Source of the DNA: Rebecca billardiae RCC1528
Lineage: Eukaryota > Protista > Haptophyta
Assembly (NCBI GenBank): GCA_965240325.2
Contig: OZ251226.1
Span: forward strand, 2,666,001 to 2,730,000
Direction of reading: 5' to 3'
DNA length: 64,000 nt
The first letter of the stretch is position 1, and every line of letters starts with the position of its first letter. Positions 10,600 to 22,517 of this stretch are shown piece after piece. The position numbers were made by a program, and so were the translations under genes. Under the pieces are notes generated by a model. It had not been told where the DNA came from. It saw only the letters and a list, made by a program, of their open reading frames with translations, and ran no database searches.

Positions 10600-12796
10600 T
10601 CAGCCGTACATGTTCATCTGGCGGCCGGACGCGCTGCCGAAGCGGTCGAAGCGCGAGCCCCCGAACGCGCCGGTGAGGCTCGGCGCGGCGCTCGCGACCG
10701 GCTTCGCGCTGGGCGCCGAGTCGGCGGTCGCGGGCGTGCAGCCCACGTCCGCGACGGCGGCGGCGGCCTTGAGCTGCTCCGCGTCCTCAACAATCTCCGC
10801 CTTGAGCGCGGCGCGCACCGAGCGATAGAGCGAGCCGGACTCGGCCGCGCGCGCGCCCTCGGAGGCGGGCGCGTGGATCGCGCCGAAGGCCTCGACGCTG
10901 CCGTAGTGCGCGACCAGGCCGTCGCGCACGTGCAGCAGCTTGGTCGGCCAGCCGTCCAGCCCGTCCAGGATGTGCGTGGCGTACACAACCGTCACACCGC
11001 GCACCTCGCACTCCTGCGCGCACGGGAGGGCCGAGGGCAGGGGCAGGGGAGCGGGTGCGCGCGTGAGCGAGCGAGCGAGCACGGAAGGACGGGCGCTGGG
11101 CAACGCGCTCGGCGTGCACCACCGCGCAGGGCGCACCGCCCACCCCTCGCGCCGCGCCGCCGCTGTGCCGCGCGCGCACCTCCTTGAGGAAGGCGAGCAG
11201 CGACTGGCGCGCGAGCACGTCCAGGTCCGTGGTCACCTCGTCCATCAGCACGACCGCCGCGGGGCGCAGCAGCTTGAGCAGGATCTGGATGCGGCGGCGC
11301 TGGCCGTCGGAGACGGCGTTCATGCGCCACTCGCCGTCGATGTCGAGCGCGTGCCGCAGCCGCGCCAGCCGCGCGTCCAGCGCCGCCTCGGCATAGGTCC
11401 CCTCAGCCTTGAGCGCGGTGAGCGCGTTCGTGGCCATGAAGTCTGCGCTGAAGTCCGCCTGGTACGGCACGCCCGAGCCCACGCACGCGACGGTGCGGGA
11501 CCAGTCGCCGGTGAGCAGCGCGACGGTGGTGTTCAGCGTGGTCACGTCCGCGAACGCGTCCTTCCCCAGCACGCGCACGCTGCCCGACGTGACGAGGTGC
11601 TTGCCGCCGAGCACGCGCAGCAGCGTCGACTTGCCCGCGCCGTTCGCGCCTGTCAGCAGCACGCGCTCGCCGCGCGCGACGCTGACGCTCGCGCCGTCGA
11701 GCGCGAGGCGGCGCTGCGCGGCGCCGGGCGCGGCGGGGTAGCCCCAGCGCAGCTCGCGCACCTCCACCGCGCCCACCCCCGCCTCCACCGGCACCGACGC
11801 CGCCGCGACCGCGCCGGCCGTCGCCGCGTCCGCCGGCTCGAGCAGCGAGATGAAATCTGGGCGCGCCTCGAGCAGCCAGCCGCGCACGGCGCCGAAGAGG
11901 CGGCCGGCGGCGGCGGGGGCGGGGGCGCCCGCGGCGGCGCCGGCGAGCGGCACGGCGTGCAGCTCGGGCACGTCCTCCGCCGCCGCCGAGCGCAGCACGC
12001 GCGTCTGCTCGATGTGCGCGACGTGCGTCGCCCAGCCGTCCAGCCCGTCAAAGATGTGCGTGCAGTACACGACCGTCACGCCGCGCTCCTCGCACTCCTC
12101 GCGCAGCCACTGGAGGAGCTCCTGCCGGACGAGCAGGTCGAGGTCGGTGGTGATCTCGTCGAGGAGCAGCACGCGGAACGGGCGGAGCAGCTTGAGCAGG
12201 ATCTGCACCCGGCGGCGCTGGCCGTCGGACGCGGCCGTGAGGTTCCACGAGCGACGCACGCCGAGCAGCGCGCACAGCCGCTCGACGCGCTCGGCGTCGA
12301 TGCCCTCGGCGTGGGTGTCGATGAGGGTGGCGACCTCCATCGCCTGGTACGGCACGCCGTGCCCGACGAACGCGACGGTGCGCGTCCAGTTGCCCGTGAG
12401 CAGCGCCACCTCGTTGGTGAGCGCGGTGTCAGTGAAGCACTGGCGCGAGAGCACGCGCACGTCGCCCACGTTCACCATGTGCTTGCCGCCGAGGATGTTG
12501 AGCAGCGTGGACTTGCCCGAGCCGTTCGACCCGACGAGCAGGCAGCGCGCGCCCTGCGGCAACGCGAGGTTCACGTCGCGCAGCTGCACCTTGTACACGA
12601 TCTCCTCGTTCGCCTCGTACTGGCGGCGCGGCATCGTCACCGACAGGCCGCCGTCGTGCGTCGTGCGCTGCGATGGCGCGGGGGGCGCGGGGCGCTCATC
12701 CTCGACTGCCAGCCGCTTCACCACCTGCGAGTTGATGTTCTGCGCGACCTCGTAGCTGAAGCTGAGGTGCGTCACGTCGATTGCGTTCGCGGACAT
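10600..12796 (-). CDS. Soluble ABC ATPase with two tandem CAF16/ABCI19-21-like nucleotide-binding domains (no transmembrane domain)
   Basis: complement(join(10600..11013,11180..12796)). Two copies of Walker A (GSNGSGKST, GANGAGKST), SDGQRRR signature, LLDEITTDLD/LMDEVTTDLD and THIxDGLDGW, typical of yeast Caf16/plant ABCI20. Confidence 0.85.
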
Positions 12797-13172
12797 GACG
12801 GCGGCACGAACGACGACGGCCCCTTCGCGAAGAATCAATGCTCGCAGTTGGCAGACCGGCTCGAGTCTTCACCGTTTGTTTAGCGTGTTTACCCGCACAA
12901 GCACCGGAAAGATGCGCATCCGGCCAGAAGCTTTGGACTTCTGTCTTCTACTCTTCTCACTGTCTTGATCATCAGCCGGAGCGGATCCGGGCCAAGGCTC
13001 CGGACGCGAGTTCCGCTGGATCGGAGCCCCAACTGCCGCGGCGCCACCCCCGGCTTGATCAGCCACTCACCGACCGAAGGCTTTCCTTCAAAGGGCGCCG
13101 TTCCACCTCGGCGCCCGACCGCGAGCACAGCGCGGGCATCCTAAAATACCCTCGCCGCGGCGAACGGGACCG

Positions 13173-13872
13173 ATGTCGTGCATCCGGCGCGTCACCACGA
13201 GCTCGCTGCGCACGGCGCTGCGCGGGAGCCCGACTCTGGCCTGCCTTCCTGCCGCCGGTCGCCAACCGATTCGCAGATCGCTCGTCCGCGCGGCCGGCGC
13301 TGGTTTCACCACGGCCGCGCTCGTGCAGGCGCACCGCATCAACCGCCTGCACTGCCGGGAGCCATCGAGTACCACCGGGGCACCCCCGACCGGCGGACCC
13401 GCGTCAGGCAAGGTGTGCGCTGGTTGCAGGCGTGGGAGCGCGCCATCCGCTAAGCATTGCCTCGCTGACACGCCCTCCCCATGCGCCCCTGCAGGATGAG
13501 CCGGCAGGCATCGATCCGCTGGCCGATCAGATCGCGACGATGGTGACCAACGCACTCATGAAGCTCGGATTTGCGGGCGTGATGGGCTTCTGCGCCGGCG
13601 TCGCGCTCAAGCGCGCGTCCACAGAAGCTGCGTACACCCTCGGCTGCGCGTTCATCTTCCTGCAGGGCCTCGCCTGGCGTGGGTACATCGAGATGAAGTG
13701 GGCGAAGATCCGAACGGACCTCGTCGCCCTGGTCGACACGGACGGCGACGGACAGATCACGAGGAGCGACGTCATGCGGTACGTGAAGAAGGGCTTCTCC
13801 ATCCTGGTGTACCAGCTCCCTTCAACGTCGGGATTCAGCCTCGGCCTGATGTGGGGATTCAACTGGGCATGA
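13173..13872 (+). CDS. FUN14-domain mitochondrial membrane protein with an embedded EF-hand-like loop
   Basis: join(13173..13412,13495..13872). Arg/Ser-rich presequence; LGFAGVMGFCAGVALK...FIFLQGLAWRGYIEMKW...PSTSGFSLGLMWG (FUN14); DTDGDGQITRSD EF-hand loop. Confidence 0.8.
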
Positions 13873-14358
13873 GCGGAGCATGTCAGCAGAGTCCGGGGAA
13901 CTGGACGCCGGACGGCGGGCGGCGAGGCGGCAAACCGCAAAGCCGCGGCGCAGGCTCCGCGTCAACGGCCACCGTGCGGTGCCCTGCCATGGTCCCCTTC
14001 GGACCCTTCGGAGTTGACCAGTTGGACTGCCGGCGAGCCACTGATGAAGCAAATATTCCGCGGGGACGAGTACTTATAGAGAGAGAGCTCATCACACAGT
14101 TAGACAGATAACTGATCCCCGATCCGGCGAATCCGTAACTCGTAAGTAATATTAAATAATAGTGACAGTTAACTGATCCGAATCTAAGTAATATTTAAAA
14201 ATAATAATATGAAAATTACGTCAGTCATACGTCATCAGTGATCAGATACTTTCAAGAGACAGAGTGATAATACTTCGACGGACCGCGGGTTCTAACGGAC
14301 TGGCACCGCGCCGACGCGCCGTATCTAAGACGGTTGCCGAGCGGCGTGAGACGACCCA

Positions 14359-16263
14359 TCAGCACGCCGGTCCGCACCTTCGAGGCTGTTGCATGAATTG
14401 CAACGGTCCATCCCCGCGCCGGGACCTCCTCAGTTCAGACTCCATTTGGTGCCGCTCGACCATGAGCGCGTCCAATTGATGACTGCGCGGGGGCAATGGC
14501 GCAGGTGACGTCGGCTGTGAGCAGGTGAGCGGCTCCGCGAGAATGAGCGAGACCGCGGCGTTGAACGCGGGAATACCTCCCGGGTAGGCCTCAAGCACAG
14601 TCAGCAGTAGCTGCCGGTCCTCGCTGTAGTTGCACTGCGCCTGGCGCGCGTCAAAGTGCTCGATGCTGAGCTCAGGTGAGGTGTCGGTCAAGCTCGGCAG
14701 GCGCAGCACGTTCATCATGCGGGCACGGTCGCGGCCAATGGTGAGGTGGATGAAAAGCTCGACGACACACCAGCTGCACACCATCACCGTCGCGCGCACG
14801 CCGGGGGCGAGGCGAGCACACCACGCGGTCGCGGACAAGGCAGCAGGGCGTGCGAGCGTGAGCGGTGCGCAAGCGTCAGCCATGAGAGGCGGCAGGCATG
14901 CAGACCCACAGCAACGCAGCATGGGAAACATTGCGCGCGCGCGCGCGTGCGCGCACAGGCGCTGCTGGACCGTCGGGCCGTGCAAGACGAGCACCCGGTC
15001 GCAGGCAGCCAGGTACACGGGCAGGCATGCCAAGCTTGAGTCGGGAGACGAGTTGTCGAGGCAGTACTGATCCAGCCACAGCCGGGGCACGCGCCCATGC
15101 GCGAGCCTGAACTCCTCCGCCCACAGCCGCAGCTGCTCCTCCTTCTCCTCCGCGCTGTCATGGTGCGAGTGGCACACGAACGCGTCCACGCTGCCAAGCG
15201 CTGCGGGATCGGACTGGCGGAAGCACTCCTCCTCGGAGAGCCGGCTGGCCAGCCCGTCGGCATCCACCTTGTCCGCGCTCACCGACCGAAACGACTCCTG
15301 CGCCTCAAAAAAGGCCTCCTCCATGGAGCGCCCGTTGAGCAGCACGCTGATCAGGATGGCTGAGCTCACGCGCTCGCTGCGCGACGCGAGCCAGCTCTGC
15401 ACGGCCTCGCGCAAGCGACCTGTTGCAGCTACCACGCCAGCGAGCAGCAGCACCACCGAGTACGTGAAGGGCGGCGCCCTGCCGGGCCTGGCGCCCAGCG
15501 CGTTCTGGATGTCCTCAAACAGCGCCACTGCGCCCATCGCAACGTGCGTCACCGCGTACACGCGCCAGACGAGGTCGAGCTTTGCCCGCGCTGGCATGCG
15601 CGCGGAACGCTGCGCGCCGAGCACGAGTACGATGGCGCACGCGTGGATGAGCGCGAGGACGGTGCCTTGCGCGAGCTGAATGAGAATGATGGTGCACGCG
15701 GGCGTGGAGCGGCCATCCGCACCGCACACGCCCGCGGTGTCCACCAGCTCGTGCGCCCGTGGCACGACGATGATGGCAACGTACGCCCAGACGGTGTACA
15801 CCATGAAACACGCGTATATCACCATGCCGACCCGCACGACGCGCCGTTGTGTGGGGACGAGCGCGAGGAGCAGGACGAGCGAGCCGAGCGCGTAGGTGAT
15901 GACGAGCCCAATCCTGCGCATGTCGGCCGCCTCCCGGGCGGACAGGCCCGGCATGGGGCCTAGGAAGCCAATCACGACAGCGGCAAAGAACAGGCCGATC
16001 CCCAATGCCATCACGGGAATTTGGATCGCCATCTCGCGTCGCCGACCCTGCACACGCGGGCCAGGGTGCGGAGGGGCGGAGGTCAGGGAGCGGGACAGCG
16101 CACGCGTCGCGCGCACAGGTATGCAGGCGGTTACCTCCTTGCGAGCGCGCCCGAGCGCCTCGCCAATGGCGAGGTGCGCAGGCTGTCGCGCGAGCAGCGC
16201 CACGGGGTCTCGCTCGGCGCCCGCGACGGGCGGCGACGGGTCGTCGGAAGGGTGCGTCCTCAT
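14359..16263 (-). CDS. Multi-pass membrane protein with a C-terminal TIR-like domain
   Basis: complement(join(14359..14773,14957..16047,16135..16263)). About 6 hydrophobic helices, then DAFVCHSHHD, LWLDQYCLD, LPVYLAACDRVLVL and RL|WCVVELF (TIR box1, betaB and the WCxxE helix). Both introns are in frame. Confidence 0.7.
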   Translation of the reverse strand: MRTHPSDDPSPPVAGAERDPVALLARQPAHLAIGEALGRARKEVTACIPVRATRALSRSLTSAPPHPGPRVQGRRREMAIQIPVMALGIGLFFAAVVIGFLGPMPGLSAREAADMRRIGLVITYALGSLVLLLALVPTQRRVVRVGMVIYACFMVYTVWAYVAIIVVPRAHELVDTAGVCGADGRSTPACTIILIQLAQGTVLALIHACAIVLVLGAQRSARMPARAKLDLVWRVYAVTHVAMGAVALFEDIQNALGARPGRAPPFTYSVVLLLAGVVAATGRLREAVQSWLASRSERVSSAILISVLLNGRSMEEAFFEAQESFRSVSADKVDADGLASRLSEEECFRQSDPAALGSVDAFVCHSHHDSAEEKEEQLRLWAEEFRLAHGRVPRLWLDQYCLDNSSPDSSLACLPVYLAACDRVLVLHGPTVQQRLCAHARARAMFPMLRCCGSACLPPLMADACAPLTLARPAALSATAWCARLAPGVRATVMVCSWCVVELFIHLTIGRDRARMMNVLRLPSLTDTSPELSIEHFDARQAQCNYSEDRQLLLTVLEAYPGGIPAFNAAVSLILAEPLTCSQPTSPAPLPPRSHQLDALMVERHQMESELRRSRRGDGPLQFMQQPRRCGPAC

Positions 16264-16555
16264 CTCCCGCGAGCACGATCGACTACAGTTTACTAAGAAT
16301 AAGAGACGCACACAGCTCAGGCAGGCGAGATATCGAGAGCTGAGCCGCCGCTCAATGATTGAGAGTCAAGTCGTACTACGCCTTAACCAAGTGTGCACGT
16401 TAAAACATATAGTAAACTGTATACGTCGTACGGTATCACGTTGTGCAAAAATTGCATGCGCGGCTTCGCCTTCCGCCTTCGGCTGGACCATAATTGAAGT
16501 GGCGGTGTCCTACAGTCCTAACTACGCATCATCGTCGATAAATCAGACATGCCCA

Positions 16556-17638
16556 TCAGACGGTAACAGCGCGGATGAGTGGCGGCGGCTCTGACAGCAC
16601 AGACAGGTCGCGCATGCGCGCGTCCGTGTTCGTGCCGCCGTACTCGACGGGGATGTGGTCGTCGGCAATCAGCTGCTTCAGCGCCGGCCGCCAGTAGCGC
16701 TCGGCGGAGATGATCTGCACCTTGGCGCGCGTGGCCGGGTCGAGCCAGGTCGAGATGATGGCCCAGCACGCGGAGAGGGTGTAGGGTGCATTGATCGTGA
16801 TGATGACGCCCATGCGCTCAGGGTAGTGATCCTGGTCGATGCCGGCCAGCATCTTGAGGAAGCCCATCGCAGTGCGTGTGGCCAGCCCTGGATGCCAGTG
16901 CGCTGCGTCCACCACGTTCACCACCTGCGACAGCCGCACGCCCTCGGCTCCGGCGAGGGCTCGCATCCGCTTGAGCATCTGCTCGGACTCCCATACGTGA
17001 TATCTCACCAGGCGCTCCATGGACGTGTGCTTCAGCAGCTCGTCCACACGTAGGTCGCCATACTTGGACCACAGCACCGGCCGGCACTGCTTGTCCACCC
17101 CGCCCCGCCATGAAGGCAGATAGTGCTCGATCAGGCTGGGGTCGCACCCCAGCACCTCGGCCGCCGACATGTCTGCGAGGGAAGCGATCTGCTCCTGCTG
17201 ACGCCAGCGCAGGTCTGCCTCAAGCAGCGCGGCGGCCTTCTCCACGTCGAAGGCGCGCGCACGCAAGAAGCGTAGGAGCACGTCGGTCTGGTCCTCGGCA
17301 GGAGTCGCCGCGGCAGCGTCCAACGCGTGGACGAGACCGCGCGAGTGCATACGGTCACGCAGGTCGTCCACAGCGGCAAGCTGATCGGCCGAGAGCGCGC
17401 CCTGATAGCCCGGCTTTGGCATTCCAGAGAGCGGGTGGTACTTGACCTCCCGCGCATGCGGCTTGGCGTGTACGATGCTGCGAGAGGCAGGCTGCACGAA
17501 GGTGTGCGGCGTCGCGGCGATGAGGCGAGGCGAAGAAGGCGCTGTACTGAATCCAGACGAATCTGCCTGTGCGCCGGGCACCCCGGACGTCTTCGGCCTG
17601 GAGCCTGTGCTCGCTGCGCGCGACTGCGTGGAGCCCAT
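16556..17638 (-). CDS. SEC14/CRAL-TRIO lipid-binding protein
   Basis: LLRFLRARAFDVEKA, GVDKQCRPV, QDHYPERMGVIITINAP, WLDPATRAKV, HIPVEYGGT. Likely start MGSTQS (possible N-myristoylation). Confidence 0.9.
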   Translation of the reverse strand: MGSTQSRAASTGSRPKTSGVPGAQADSSGFSTAPSSPRLIAATPHTFVQPASRSIVHAKPHAREVKYHPLSGMPKPGYQGALSADQLAAVDDLRDRMHSRGLVHALDAAAATPAEDQTDVLLRFLRARAFDVEKAAALLEADLRWRQQEQIASLADMSAAEVLGCDPSLIEHYLPSWRGGVDKQCRPVLWSKYGDLRVDELLKHTSMERLVRYHVWESEQMLKRMRALAGAEGVRLSQVVNVVDAAHWHPGLATRTAMGFLKMLAGIDQDHYPERMGVIITINAPYTLSACWAIISTWLDPATRAKVQIISAERYWRPALKQLIADDHIPVEYGGTNTDARMRDLSVLSEPPPLIRAVTV

Positions 17639-20169
17639 CGGGCCTCGCGGATGCACCCTCTCGGCGCGATTTGAGATTCCTCCTGCAGCTGGACGGGTTC
17701 CGAACCAACGTGGTGAGCAGTGCGGTTGAGCTGTCCGGGTGCGCATTGGCGACCCGGCCCGGGGCGGCGGGGGCTCTGCGCTGTCGGCCCACTTGCGCCC
17801 TGCCCGCAGGGGCCCGCCCCGCGCCGCAGCCCGTGTACGATGATGTATTATCGTCATTGATCGGTCATCACGCCCACGGCGGTGTCGTCATCTGAGAGTA
17901 GCTAGTGACGACTATTGTCTATTGACCGCGGATTTGACAGTCCAATGACAGTCGTCTTTACCGAGTTTATGACTAAGACGGACTAGTATTATATATATAC
18001 TGTGAGCGAGTGCTCAGTACTCAGTCTGTGTGAGTAGTGTATTCCGCTTTGCTGGTGTGACGGACTCGACCGCTGACCTGATCGGCTCGGATGAGATCGA
18101 TATCAGTATTATTCGGGCTATCCCAGACTGGCCCCCTGGCCCTGATCGCCAACCGAGTCAGTAGCCTGGTCCATCCCGATTTTCGCCAGTGAAAAAGCCT
18201 TTTCGGATTTTGGGCGCGCCTCATTTCTCCCGATTTTTCTCGTCGCTCGTCGCGCTCGTCAAAAATCGCCACCGGCCGTCCGACGGCTCGCCGCGACGAA
18301 GGTCGGAAGGGGCTCGAGAGCCTCGACTGGACGACTGCGCCGCCTCATGTCAGGTGTAGTGCTGGACACATCGTTCGGGTGCCCCGGCGGTGTGCGTGCA
18401 CACCTTGAGCGACATGTCTGCGTTACTTCCGCCGCCCGCGGTCCGTCGCCAGGTCGACTTCTCGCCCGACGGTGCGCGTCGAACGCTCAGCTGCTGGGTT
18501 GCGCCGCGCCTTCGAGACGGGCCAGTTTGGGCCAGATGCGGGCCACGCGACCGCTCGTGTCGGCCTAAGCCCACCCCTAGCGTGCACTCGATGCCTTCAC
18601 CAACGTTAGGCGCGCTGCGCATCGCCAACGCTTCATCCGGCCAGTCCCGTCACGTTCGCGCATGGGTCGCCCAGGGCGGCGGCAGTCGATCTGTGCTTCT
18701 CGTGGAGCTGTATGACGGGCTGGGGGCGATCAGGATGGCTCGCCTTGCGGGGCTGGGTATGTACAGTTACATTGTAGTGTCTGCCAGCTGACTCCCATCC
18801 CCTGGGTGCTGCTTTACCGTCATGGCCTTTGCTGCGAGCACAAGGTCGAGGATCGTACCGCGGTCTGCGAGGCAGAGTCGACAGAGTCGTCGCTTGAAGA
18901 TGGTTGAGAGCGCTCATACGTCTTCCTTGGTGTCGTGCGGCTACTCCAGCACGCAAGGCGCGCGCTCTGGCACGTGTTTGGTGTCCATGGGTGGCACATT
19001 GTGCCATTCGGGTGGCTCGGAAGCACGTGCTCGGGTGTCTTTCCCGTTTACGCGCGGTGGGCCAAGTCACCACGCACGGCCAGAGCATGTCATGGCACGC
19101 GGACGGTGCCCATGAACGATCCCCACCCCGGTGGTGGCCGTAGGCGCACTCAAAGCGGTCGCATCGTCACCCGCGGATCGCATCAGTCCGCCGTTGAGGC
19201 TGTCGGGCGAGCAAAGACGTGCGATCTGACCCTTGGACGGGCAGCTAGAACCGCGAGTATGCCTCGTCTAAGGACGCACATGTCGTCGTTGTAGGCAGTA
19301 CTGATGCCCCAAGTGAAAGGGCGGGCGTGGCACGCGACTTGACAGCTTGAATGACTCGATGTACGCCGCCATGGACACGCGATCCGGATCCATTGCGAAC
19401 CTGCCGTGTGGCTCACGGCGGCGCGCGTTGTGCCGCAGATCGGCCAGTCGCCACGCAGGAGATGGTCTCCAGACCAGGTCCAGCACCTGACCGACTGCCG
19501 CACGCCTGGCCGGGTGGGAGTCCGGCCCTCTTCTTGTCTGCAGGAGTGCGCGGAAGGCCAGGCGGAGCCTCGTCCGACCACTGCACCCCGAGCGCCGCAC
19601 TAATCGTGCAGCCTGGGACAGCTACCCACCTATGGCGAATATGTAACGACATAGTGGCATTTTAATTATACAGGTCCAGAACTCATACTTATGCGGGTAC
19701 ATTGCCCATCATATGCGGGTAAAATGGGTAATGTTGTCGATCTTGCAGTGGTTGAGTACGGCCACTTGCGCACAGACCACAGCCCATCCAAATGGCCTGT
19801 ACCAGGGTTCATGCTCGCCTCGACGTACGCCAATAAGTAAGTTCGTGCGTTTGGGCTCATTTCGGCTAAGTACTTACCCACATTCAGACTGACGATTCTC
19901 TATGTGTCCGTAGTTGTCCGCGGCTCGCGCGCGCACGCTCACGACGGGCCGCGGATTCGATTTTTAGGCCGAAACTTTTGCTCCGCCCGGGCTGGGCCCA
20001 TTTGTTACGCTGTTTCCGGGTGTGAGCGCGTGCCTAGGGGCCCGCATTCATTTGGCGATAAAATCCCCGAACGTGCTCCAGTGGCGTTTGGACCAGGCTA
20101 CCGAGTGTCTGATTCCGCGAGCTGGCTGGCGTATTACTGCTGCTTAGCTAATCTGAAGACTGCTAAGCT

Positions 20170-22517
20170 TCAATACGTCGTCTTATCCGACGTCGCATGC
20201 TCAGCGCTAGCTGCCGCCCCCTTCTTTGGCCGCACCGTGTTGGGCTGTCCAGTCACGCTCAAGACGCGCTCCCACGTGCGGCCGTTGGCATCGAGCATGC
20301 GCGGCGAGTTATGCACGAGGGCGCGGATCGGGATGTAGACCAATCGGTTATTCGCCATCCCCACCGAGAAGGCGGTGTACCCAGCCTGCCGCCGGCCGCG
20401 TGCACGGTCGAGGGCGATGCTCACGTGAGCGACGGGCGGGCGGGCGCGGGCAATCGCAGGCGCCGAGGTGCGTGAGGGTGGGGTGCAGGGCAAGCGGGGG
20501 GCGTGGCGCACCATCGCGCCGTGCACAGCGTTCTGCGCAAGCAGCAGGCAATAGATGGCGTCGTTCGAGTTCGCCGCGACCGAGCGGATCATGTACGACG
20601 GGTCGATGTACTTGACCGTCACCTGCTTGTCGCGCGCCTTCATGTACCTTGCCAGCTCGTCCTTGAGCCACACGCCCAGCTCGGGCAGCTTGCGGTTGCC
20701 GCCCGCGTCGACGGTGGCCGACTGGCCGAGGATCTCCTCGCCCGCGCCCTCGGCGACGACGATCACAGCGAAGCCCTTACGCTCGAGCGCGCGCTCGACG
20801 TGCGGGAAGCAGCCATTCGGGCCCTCCGTCACAACCTCCACCTCGGGGATGAGGCAGAGGTCGACCTCGGTCGAGCAGAGGGTCGCGTGCACGGCGATGT
20901 AGCCCGAGTGCCTCCCCATCAGCTTCACGATGCCCACGCCGTTGGGCACGTTGCACTTGGCCTCGACGTGCGCCGAGCGGATGGCCTTCTGCGCCTCCTC
21001 CACGGCCGTGTTGAAGCCAAAGGAGCGATCGAGCAGGTCGATGTCGTTATCGATCGTCTTGGGCACGCCGCACACCTGCGAGCCGCGAGCCGCGAGCGGC
21101 GCGGCGCGGGCGTGCCGCGCGGACGGTTGGCCGTGGCGCGGGGTCATCTGGTGGCGCACCCCGCATGCGGAGGCGTGCGCAGTGCGCGGCGGGCCCGCGC
21201 ACGCACCGCGATGTTGAGCTTGCGCGCGCGGGCCTCGTCGGCGATCTTCGTCGCCGCGCGGTGTGTGCCGTCGCCCCCCACAACGTACAGCTGGTTCACC
21301 TCGTGCCTCTGCAGCCAGCCGAGGGTGCGGTCGACGTCGAACGAGCCACGGCCGGAGCCGAGCCGCGTGCCGCCCTTCTTGTGGATGCCCTGGACCACGT
21401 CGATCGTCACGTCGATGGGCTCGAAGCCGGGCGCGTCTGAGAAGCCCTGGTACCCACCGCGCACGCCGAGCACCCGCCGCGCGCCGTACGAGTCGAGCAG
21501 CGTGCGCGTGATCCCCTGGATGATGTTGTTCAGCCCGGGGCACAGCCCACCGCACGTGACGATGGCCGCGCGCACGGACGAGGGCTCAAAGTGCAGCAGC
21601 GGCCGCGGGCCGGCGCGCAGGTACGCGGTGGTGATGGGCTGGGCGTCGGGCTTGCGCACGATGTCGTGCAGGATCACGTCCTCCCGCCCGAGCAGCTTGT
21701 TGTACTCCTGCTGCTCCGCCTCGACGTGCCCCATGCCCATCTTGTTGGTCGTGCCCACCGAGGGCGCGTACTCGCTCAGGCTGGGCACCGGCAGCAGCCA
21801 CACCGCCTCGATGCTCACCGACTTGAGCTCGGCGAGCTCGACGCCGAAGCCCTTTGGGTGCCGCTTGGCGAAGCCCTCCTCGAGCGCCTTGAGCGAGCCC
21901 ACCCGGTCCCGCCCGCTGCGCCAGCGCCTGGCGACCGCATCCATGTCCGCGCCGACGGGCATCGAGTGGCGCCGGCCTCCGCTCTTGGCCGCCTGCAGGC
22001 CGTGCCCGTCGCCGCTCGGCACGCCGTCGCTGCCACGCCGGCGCCTGGGCGAGCCCGCATCGTGCACTAGCTCCTTCCCGTCCGCAGACGTGTGGGCCTC
22101 CGTCACACCCTGCGCCGCACCCGGCTCCTCGATCGTCTCGAGCTGGCCGTGCTCGTCCGCACCCGTTGTCGTGGCCGCCGCAGCTACGTCCTCTTGCATC
22201 TGGCTGATCTCCGACTCGAGCTGAGCCACGCGCAGGTTCGCGTCCGCGGTCTCCGCGCGGGCAGCCGAGAGGCCAGTATTGGTCTCTCGCCTCGCCGCAT
22301 CCAGTGCCTCCTCAGCTAGCTTGAGCGCCGCTGTCAGCTGCTGCACACGCTCGCGCTCAACCTCGAGCTCCTTGCGCGTGCGCTCGACTGCCTCCTCCTG
22401 CTGCCGCGCCTTGGCGTGGGCCGAAGGTTCTTGCTCCCGCTCCGTGCCACCGTTGGCGTCAGCCGTCAACACTGGGTGAGGCGCTGTCTTGCGCTCGCGT
22501 GAGGCGCCGCTTCCCAT
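20170..22517 (-). CDS. PFK: ATP-dependent 6-phosphofructokinase (plant/protist type) with an N-terminal coiled-coil extension
   Basis: complement(join(20170..20385,20512..21075,21207..22517)). TCGGLCPGLN, GGDGT, PKTIDND, KLMGRHSG, YIDPSYMIRS. The GGDG + PKT combination is characteristic of ATP-dependent group X PFKs. Confidence 0.92.
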
